The notes below the pieces were generated by a model. The model had not been told where the DNA came from. It did not search any database and was given only the letters and a program-made list of their open reading frames with translations. The position numbers and the translations under genes are program-made. From Abditibacterium sp. (GTDB taxonomy: Bacteria > Armatimonadota > Abditibacteriia > Abditibacteriales > Abditibacteriaceae): a DNA stretch of 64,000 nucleotides. This document shows, piece after piece, positions 57,328-64,000 of this stretch (its first letter is position 1; every line of letters begins with the position of its first letter). The stretch spans positions 2,560,001-2,624,000 of the forward strand of contig CBDASK010000003.1 in assembly GCA_965199495.1 (NCBI GenBank), written 5' to 3'.

Positions 57328-59613
57328 TTACCGACCTTTGACGGTCAGCGTGATCGGGTCGCTGGTGGCGTTGGCGCCGTCGGTTTGCGTGGCCGAAATC
57401 ACGTAGCGCAAATTCGAGACGTTTTTGCGTTGGGGCAATTGGATTTGATTGGTCTGCCAGTTGCCGTTCTGGTCAACGCGCACCTGCTGCGTGCCCAAAT
57501 CTTCGTTGTATTCGAGGATGAACAATTGCGTTCCGGTCGCCACAATGGAGACGTTCACGGTCGCGCCGGGCGCGCCTTTGCCGCTCACGACGAGTGGGCT
57601 GTTCACGCTGGCGCCGTTGGTTGGCGAATTCACGGTTAAATTAACGGGCGCAGCCAAAATCTGCACGGGCGCCGTGGCTGGTGTCGTGGTTGAAGTGCCA
57701 TCGCCGGGCGAGAAACGACCGACAAAACGCAGGTTGCCCGACGCGTTATCCGGCACGCTGTAATTGGCGCGATAAGTTCCGGGCGTATTGCGATCTTCGG
57801 TCATCGGCAAATTGGTCGAAATCGCGCGGTTGTTGTCGTCAATTACATCGAAGCTGGCCTGTCCCGCCGGGTTGGCTTGCAAAATCAGCGGCACGGTTTC
57901 GCCGGTATTCATCGCGCGCGTCGCGCCCTGCTCGAACGATTGAATGCCGCCAGCCACGCCGTTCGCCACGTTGAACCCAAAGTTCGCCGTCGTCGAGTTG
58001 CCCGCTTTGTCCGAAATCACCGCGCGCACGCTGACTTGGCCTGATAAATCCTGCGGCACGACAGCATTAATCGAAGTCGGCGGCGCCACGGTCGCCTGAA
58101 CCGGCAAGCGCAGGTTACCGTTGACGATTTCCATCGTCGCGCCACCCAAGCCCGAACCGTTCAAATCGTCGGCGAAAACCACGATGTTGGGCTTGCTCAC
58201 GCTGACGGTCGAATTGTTGGCCGGGAAGGTGCCAAAAATGCGCGGCGCCACGGTGTCAATTGTCACCGGCTCGCCGCTAAGCGCGGTCGCTTCAATGCCG
58301 TTGGCCGCCGTCAGGCGCGCCAGAATGCGCGCTTCCAAAACGTCGTCGCCGTTTTTTACCGTATAAGAACCATTATAAACGCCCGGTTGCGTGGTGGATT
58401 CGTAGAGCGGCACGTTCTGGATTTTTGCGCCCAGCGAAAACGCCAGACGCTGGCCGGTTGTCGCGCGCACCGTTACGTCGAGGCGACTGCCCGCCTTGAG
58501 CGGGCCGTTGGCGTTGTGCTGCACCAACTGAATTTGCGGCGCGTTATTGTTGGGAATTCCGCCGCCCGGAATTGGATCGGGATTGCCCGTGTTGCCGCCG
58601 CCATTGATTGTGTAATCGGGCGCATAGGCCGAAACGCGATAGACCTGACGATTCTCGCGCGACAAAAACAGCGCGACGCTATCGCCCTGCTTCAGGTTGG
58701 CGGTCGAGGCGGTTTTGCCCTGCGGATCAACGTAGCTCAAGTTGTTGCCCAGAGTTAAAGTTGTGTCGTTGTTATCGTCCAAAACGATGGTATTGCCCGC
58801 CGCGAACTGCACTTTGGCCACCACAACCGTCGCGGCGGTGATGACCTGCGTGACGCGTCCGGTCGCGTCCAAGTTCAGGCGCACATCGTCGCCGTTGTCG
58901 AGGCTGCTCAGAGCCACGCCGCGCGCCGGTTGGCGTAGCGGCGTCGCGCCCGGCGTGCTGGCGATGGACAATTGCGACAATCCGACCGCGCCCGGCGCGA
59001 GCGGGAAAATCCGCGTTTGCCCATCGGCGTTAATGGTGATGGTGTTGCCCGCCGTGTTGATGTTGGTCAACGTGCCGCTAAGGCTGGTGCCGCCCGGCAC
59101 CACATACGTTGGGCCAGTCGGCGTGGTTTGGCCGCCGCCTGTGCCGCCCGCCGTGGCTGGTGAGGTGATGGCGACGCTTTGGGTCGTCGCGTTGAAAACC
59201 ACGTTGGCGCCGAATGCCTCGCCGACGAAACGAAGCGGCACGAGCGTGCGCCCGAAAACGGCTTGCGCTGGCACATCCAAGGTGCTGCGCTGACCATTGA
59301 TAATCGCTTGATCGGAGCCGATATTCAGTTCGAGATTAGTCGTACCGCGCACGGCTTTGATGGTGCCGTTGGAATAGCTCACCGTCGCGCCCAACGCCTC
59401 GAAAATGGCGCGCAACGGCACCAGCAAGCGACCGCCCGCGTTGACGGGCGGTTGGTCGGGGAAAACGAGCGGGCGATTGTCAACTGTCACGCTCACCGAT
59501 GAAGGCGTGAGCGCCTGCGCGCGCGCGGGCGTCGTGGCTATAAAAGGCGCGGCGGCGAGCGGAACGAGGGCTAAAGTGGCGGCGAGTCGCGCGATATTAG
59601 TGGATTTTTTCAT
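57328..59613 (-). CDS. Secreted copper-amine-oxidase N-terminal (stalk) domain protein with Ig-like repeats
   Basis: GRLLVPLRAIFEALGA, GRTLVPLRFVGEAFGA; DTVAP and DKAGN Ig motifs. Confidence 0.85.
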   Translation of the reverse strand: MKKSTNIARLAATLALVPLAAAPFIATTPARAQALTPSSVSVTVDNRPLVFPDQPPVNAGGRLLVPLRAIFEALGATVSYSNGTIKAVRGTTNLELNIGSDQAIINGQRSTLDVPAQAVFGRTLVPLRFVGEAFGANVVFNATTQSVAITSPATAGGTGGGQTTPTGPTYVVPGGTSLSGTLTNINTAGNTITINADGQTRIFPLAPGAVGLSQLSIASTPGATPLRQPARGVALSSLDNGDDVRLNLDATGRVTQVITAATVVVAKVQFAAGNTIVLDDNNDTTLTLGNNLSYVDPQGKTASTANLKQGDSVALFLSRENRQVYRVSAYAPDYTINGGGNTGNPDPIPGGGIPNNNAPQIQLVQHNANGPLKAGSRLDVTVRATTGQRLAFSLGAKIQNVPLYESTTQPGVYNGSYTVKNGDDVLEARILARLTAANGIEATALSGEPVTIDTVAPRIFGTFPANNSTVSVSKPNIVVFADDLNGSGLGGATMEIVNGNLRLPVQATVAPPTSINAVVPQDLSGQVSVRAVISDKAGNSTTANFGFNVANGVAGGIQSFEQGATRAMNTGETVPLILQANPAGQASFDVIDDNNRAISTNLPMTEDRNTPGTYRANYSVPDNASGNLRFVGRFSPGDGTSTTTPATAPVQILAAPVNLTVNSPTNGASVNSPLVVSGKGAPGATVNVSIVATGTQLFILEYNEDLGTQQVRVDQNGNWQTNQIQLPQRKNVSNLRYVISATQTDGANATSDPITLTVKGR

Positions 59614-59721
59614 GATTTTTAAAGAGTCAAAGAGTTCTTCTCAGAAGTCAAGGGCGCTTAAATCTGCAAAACGAGCGCCACGAATTTGTAATGTTTATGC
59701 GAATGAGCAGAATATTGATGA

Positions 59722-59840
59722 GGGCTTGCGCGGCAAGCCCCTACGAAATCCGCGAAATTCGTCTGAGACGGTTGGGCCGCTTCTGCAACAGGCGGCAAGC
59801 TACAACCCCGCGAAAATCGTAGGGGCTTGCCGCGCAAGCC
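59722..59840. repeat. GTAG-type REP pair
   Basis: gggcttgcgcggcaagcccctac (59722-59744) and gtaggggcttgccgcgcaagcc (59819-59840). Confidence 0.8.
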
Positions 59841-59900
59841 ATTGGACACGCCACAAGGCCACGAAACAATCGCGCGCCAGAACTGGCAAACTAAAAGGGT

Positions 59901-61109
59901 ATGCAACGAGTTCGGGTGGGCATCATCGGGGCGAGCGCGGCGGTCGAGTGGGCGATTTTGCCCGTTTTGAGCGGGCCGGATGCGCTCTCGCCGCCCGATA
60001 GCGGCGCGTGGTGGCAACGGCGCCCGTCTCCGGCGGGCGATATTCGCTATCAGGCGCCCGCGACGCCCGAAGTCGTCGCGCTGTGTGATGCGCCGCCCGA
60101 ATCCGAGTGGGGCAAATCCAGCAAAGTTTCGCCGCGCTTGCAACAGATGGCGCGCGCTGCCCGCGTCGGCGCGGTTTATGCCGATCCGTTGGCTTTGCTG
60201 CGCGAAGTTCCGCTCGACGCGCTTTTATTATGCGAGGAAGATGCCTTCTCGCCCGCCGCCGTGGCTGCTCTGGCCGCGAGTGCGCCCGGAGTCAAAAACG
60301 GCGTGAGCGCGCCGCGCTGGTTATGGATCGAAGGCCCGCCCGCGCGTTCCAGTTTGGAATTAAATGCGTGGGCGCGCGCCGTCGCCGGGCGCAAACCGGC
60401 GTTGTGGATGGCCGCGCCCCTGCGCCGCGCCGCCGCCCATCGCGCCGCGCGTCGCCTCATCGAACGCGACGGCATCGGCGAAGTCACCGCGATTGGAGCG
60501 CGCTTGCCGTTCGCGCTCGATGGCGCGCGCTTTGGCGCCGCCTACGCCGCGTTCGAGATGCTGCTTTCGCTGCTGATTCCCACGCAAATGCCGCTCGACG
60601 TGACGGCGATTCGCCATCCCGATGGCGCCGCTAATGCCTTAGTTCGGTTCGCGGGCGGGGCCTCGATAAGCGCGCTGTTTGGCGCCGCCGACGCGTGGAA
60701 TGCGCCCCTGCCGCGCGTCGAAGTTTGCGGCACGCAGGGCCGCAGTCTGGTCTGCGAAAGCGGGCGCCGCTTGCTGCATTACGTGCCGCGCGAGGGCGCG
60801 CGCGTCTGGGAGCCGCCCGGTTTGGCCGCGCACGTTTCGGCGCCCGGCATCGCCGGATACGCCGAAGATTTGAAAGCGTTTTTGAGCGTCTGCACCGACA
60901 ACCCCGCGCCGTGGAGCGCCGAGCGCGCCCTCGATGACGCCGCGCGCGCTCTCAGCGTTTTGGAAGCGACGCTCCATTCGCTCGAAAGCGGCGCCACAAT
61001 TCCTATCGAAGCGCGCGGCATCACTTTGAATGTCGCGCCGCCCGATGCAGCCACGCCGGACGAATCGAGCGAAGCACCGCGCAATTTGACGCTCGATTTG
61101 GGCGAGTGA
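59901..61109 (+). CDS. Divergent Gfo/Idh/MocA-like protein
   Basis: VRVGIIGA, VVALCD, IEGP in place of EKP, VEVCGTQG. Confidence 0.65.
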   Translation: MQRVRVGIIGASAAVEWAILPVLSGPDALSPPDSGAWWQRRPSPAGDIRYQAPATPEVVALCDAPPESEWGKSSKVSPRLQQMARAARVGAVYADPLALLREVPLDALLLCEEDAFSPAAVAALAASAPGVKNGVSAPRWLWIEGPPARSSLELNAWARAVAGRKPALWMAAPLRRAAAHRAARRLIERDGIGEVTAIGARLPFALDGARFGAAYAAFEMLLSLLIPTQMPLDVTAIRHPDGAANALVRFAGGASISALFGAADAWNAPLPRVEVCGTQGRSLVCESGRRLLHYVPREGARVWEPPGLAAHVSAPGIAGYAEDLKAFLSVCTDNPAPWSAERALDDAARALSVLEATLHSLESGATIPIEARGITLNVAPPDAATPDESSEAPRNLTLDLGE

Positions 61110-61115
61110 AGTTCG

Positions 61116-63173
61116 CTAAATCTCTTCGATTTCCCACTCGTCATCGTCAACGCCGTGAAATTTGAGCAGTTTGCGGCAGTGACCTAATTTTGTTTCTGTA
61201 TCAGAATGGGTGTCCAAAAACCAGCCATTAGATAAATTTTTTGGGGACTGTGAATTCGGCTGATTGGAAACGAGATGCGGAAATTGTTGGCTCAAAACGT
61301 TGAAATCGGCGCCGTCTCCAACTAAAAATTCGCCGACGGCGCGCATGACATCCGACCAGTATTTCGTCGGCGTGCGAACGCCCTGAATCGTCACAGCGAG
61401 CGGCGAAGTTTTCTTGTTGGTTGGCGTTGGGTTGGGCATCACATCGCCAAAACTCGGCCACACTTCGATGATTTTTTCGATGAGCCAATTCGCGCGGCCT
61501 TGAATGGCGCGCGCGTTCCACTGTTCGATGTTGGGAGCGAAATACTCGCTATTAAGTTTGAGACCATGCGCGCGCAGTTTGACACGTTTTTCGGGGAACG
61601 AATCGTTTGATAAGCTGGAATTGTAACTCGAAGTGACCAGCGTCAAATTGCCCAGCGTATGTAACCATTCGTCGCTAACGCGCTGGGCTTCGGCACCCAG
61701 ATGCCCGCGCCACCAATCTGACAACGTTTGCGGCAAAATATGCTCGATGGTCGGCGCACTCCCCAGCATCGGGATGACATCGGTGCCTTCGTAGAGCGCG
61801 GTGTTGATGCGCTCGAAAATCATGATCGTCTTTTCTTTGACGCCAGCTTTGCCGTAAAAATCGTGGCGCGGCGCGACTTGATGAATTTTATCATCGCTGG
61901 GATAGTTCTTGCGGCCCAAAACCGCTGGAAGTGAAGCGGATAAATTAGCGAAATCAACGCTTTGACCGAGCGCGGCAAACATTTTGTTGAGATAAGAAGT
62001 CGGCTCGCCGCAGACAAAACGGCGCACCAAGTAATTCTCAACCGTTTTCAAGGCGCCCACATACTCACCAAGCGAAATTTCCTTGCGCGCATGGTAATCG
62101 GCCAGCATCAACAAAAACGGGTAAGAAACCGTGATGTCAAGCGCGTTGAGCCGCTCTAACCCCGCGCGCAAAGCGGCATCAGTGCCTTTGTCGGGGCGCA
62201 TAAGCCCCTCGTAAAGCGCCGCGAATCGCTTGAGTTCGCGTAGTTTTTCGATAAATTCGTCGCTCGAACACGTCTTCATCTCGTCGCGAAACCGCGCGTA
62301 AATTTTATTGTGCGGCGGTAGCGCGCCGAATTGCATGGCGTCGTAATGACGCAAAAACGAAGTCAACTCGCCCATACCAGAGCGGCCCAGAGTGCGCTCG
62401 TCATCCAAAAGGTCTTCGATGGGCGCCCAAATCTCCGAGAAAACTCTTTCCTGTGCCGCACTTGGCAAACGCATCGCGATATAGTTGCGCACCAGATCAA
62501 CTTCGCTCAATCGCTGACCTTTGGTGTTGAGCGATTCAAAAATTTGATGCGCGTCTTCGTCTTTGTCGAGTTCGACCCACACGATTTGGAACGCCGCCGT
62601 CAAAACCTCGAAAAACGGCTCGGCCTCAATGCGTTTCGACGATAGAGCATTTTGCAACTGGCCTTGGAAAAACTCGAAGGCGGGTAGGGCGTGGCTCTTG
62701 CCGATGGGAACTGGCTTACCTTCGGTAATCGCGCAATAAATCGCGCGGTCGTTATTCTTAGTGGTCGGTAAAATTTTCCACTTCAGATCACCTTTTGCGT
62801 AAGAGTTGGTAATCAAAGCGCGCGCCTGATTTTTCAAATCTTCGTCGTCATTGGTCGCTTCGGCAAACGCGCACAGCAGCAGCGAAAGCGTTGTCAATCT
62901 TTGTTGGCCATCAACCAAACGGTGAACTGGAATCGTGCCGTTGCTCACGCCCTGTGGCACAATAACAAGCGCGCCCAAAAAGTGTTCGGGCGAACTCTTT
63001 CGTTCGCCATTTCGGCTGGCAATCAGAGCATCATAAGTCGTGATGGCATCGTCCCACAAAGTTTGCCAGTGATGTTTTTCCCATCGGTATTCGCGTTGAA
63101 AATGGGGCAACACAAAGTGCATATGCCCTATATTTCCAAACGCCTCCGCGATAGTTTTTGAAGAGGCTTGCAT
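61116..63173 (-). CDS. GmrSD-like DUF262-DUF1524 restriction nuclease with extra C-terminal domain
   Basis: PHFQREYRW, VDGQQRLTT, IFESLNTKG, IEHILPQ, LGNLTL, N..LSN. Confidence 0.9.
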   Translation of the reverse strand: MQASSKTIAEAFGNIGHMHFVLPHFQREYRWEKHHWQTLWDDAITTYDALIASRNGERKSSPEHFLGALVIVPQGVSNGTIPVHRLVDGQQRLTTLSLLLCAFAEATNDDEDLKNQARALITNSYAKGDLKWKILPTTKNNDRAIYCAITEGKPVPIGKSHALPAFEFFQGQLQNALSSKRIEAEPFFEVLTAAFQIVWVELDKDEDAHQIFESLNTKGQRLSEVDLVRNYIAMRLPSAAQERVFSEIWAPIEDLLDDERTLGRSGMGELTSFLRHYDAMQFGALPPHNKIYARFRDEMKTCSSDEFIEKLRELKRFAALYEGLMRPDKGTDAALRAGLERLNALDITVSYPFLLMLADYHARKEISLGEYVGALKTVENYLVRRFVCGEPTSYLNKMFAALGQSVDFANLSASLPAVLGRKNYPSDDKIHQVAPRHDFYGKAGVKEKTIMIFERINTALYEGTDVIPMLGSAPTIEHILPQTLSDWWRGHLGAEAQRVSDEWLHTLGNLTLVTSSYNSSLSNDSFPEKRVKLRAHGLKLNSEYFAPNIEQWNARAIQGRANWLIEKIIEVWPSFGDVMPNPTPTNKKTSPLAVTIQGVRTPTKYWSDVMRAVGEFLVGDGADFNVLSQQFPHLVSNQPNSQSPKNLSNGWFLDTHSDTETKLGHCRKLLKFHGVDDDEWEIEEI

Positions 63174-63276
63174 AAGATTAACAAAACTAATTTTAGTTGA
63201 ACGACGATTTACCAACAACGAGATTTTATACTCTTTCAAAATAAAGTCGCTGAATTCTCCCCCACATAATCCGTTT

Positions 63277-64000
63277 ATGCTCACTTCTCCATCCGAATCT
63301 GTGCCCAATTTTACGCTCGACCCGCAGGGAATGCGCGGGACAGCAACCGCGCGACATTTGCGAAAGTTGCGACAGCGCAAGCAATGGCAAAGCGCCCTCG
63401 TCGTCGCGCTACTCATCATCGGCGTGGCTGCTCTGGGTTGGTGGGCGTTGCAGCCGCGCGCGGGCGGGTTCGATGTGCAAAACGCGCAAACTTTACCGCT
63501 CGATTTGAGCGCGCCCGCGTCGCTCGACGATAAGGGCAATTTGTGGCTGGGGAGTCGGAGCGGAGCGTTGTGGGAAATAGATGCTAATGGCCAAAGCCAA
63601 CGTGTGGGCGCGACTTCGCTGGCGGGCGCGCCGCCCCTCGTCAGCGCGGGCGGCAGCGTTTATGTCCCCGGTTTGGATGGCACTTTGACGGCGCTCGGCG
63701 CCGCGAACAAAACGTTATGGACGCGCGGCTTGGGCGCCGCGCTTTCGACAACTCCGGCACTGTTTCACGACAAAAACTCGGCGATTTTGGCCGTTGGCGA
63801 TGGCGACGGCAACGTCGCGGGATTGGATGCGAGCAACGGCAAAACGCGATGGAATACGAAATTGGATGGCTCCATCGGTGACGCAATTGTGGTGGCGCGC
63901 GAAGATTTTATCGTGCCGACGTTGGCGAGCGGCGTCTGGCGCGGCGGTCTGGTGGGCTTGGACGCGCGCACCGGGCGCATCCGGTGGCATTTTACTGGTG
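63277..64000 (+). CDS. Membrane-anchored PQQ-like beta-propeller protein, truncated by the window end
   Basis: Read by hand: TM helix then DGTLTAL, GLDASNGKTRW, GLDARTGRIRW; no stop codon. Confidence 0.8.
   Translation, partial: MLTSPSESVPNFTLDPQGMRGTATARHLRKLRQRKQWQSALVVALLIIGVAALGWWALQPRAGGFDVQNAQTLPLDLSAPASLDDKGNLWLGSRSGALWEIDANGQSQRVGATSLAGAPPLVSAGGSVYVPGLDGTLTALGAANKTLWTRGLGAALSTTPALFHDKNSAILAVGDGDGNVAGLDASNGKTRWNTKLDGSIGDAIVVAREDFIVPTLASGVWRGGLVGLDARTGRIRWHFTG

Noticed and set aside
498..63430. Octamer as a Val-Ala codon artefact or E. coli-type Chi
   Set aside because: It appears in several frames and in intergenic DNA, differs from GCTGGTGG, and the 32:19 strand ratio is only a mild skew. 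A Chi-like role cannot be fully excluded from one window.
63174..63539. 807-aa version of the GmrSD ORF
   Set aside because: The extension overlaps the divergent beta-propeller gene; family-like sequence begins at 63173.
1..64000. tRNA, rRNA, riboswitch, prophage, integrase or transposase
   Set aside because: None recognised by eye; an Infernal/tRNAscan run would be needed to exclude small RNAs.

Overview
Bacterial chromosome segment, moderately GC-rich by eye. Its gene mix (DUF1559 pilin-like, copper-amine-oxidase stalk, YARHG, GerMN, DUF1573) suggests an Abditibacteriota/Armatimonadota-like organism; this is inference only. Content is mostly housekeeping and carbohydrate genes: GH127, fadD, split sucC/sucD, sucAB, a cpxRA-like pair, lipoate ligase, amidase-GerMN-murI and gltX. 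There is also a Doc toxin-antitoxin pair with an endonuclease remnant, a GmrSD-type nuclease, and many intergenic REP/MITE-like hairpins from several families. I recognised no rRNA, tRNA, CRISPR array or transposase. Two signals stand out. (1) The non-palindromic octamer CGTGGCTG/CAGCCACG occurs 51 times by hand count (about 1 per 1.25 kb), on both strands and in several reading frames; it is a candidate DNA-uptake or other chromosome signal. (2) A locus of predicted exported proteins (50205-57253) has two helical-repeat proteins, an 8-Cys miniprotein, a DUF1559-like/dead-C39/Ig hybrid and a DUF1573-peroxiredoxin fusion, with an AT-rich variable cassette at its centre. Family calls come from visual motif recognition, not database searches.
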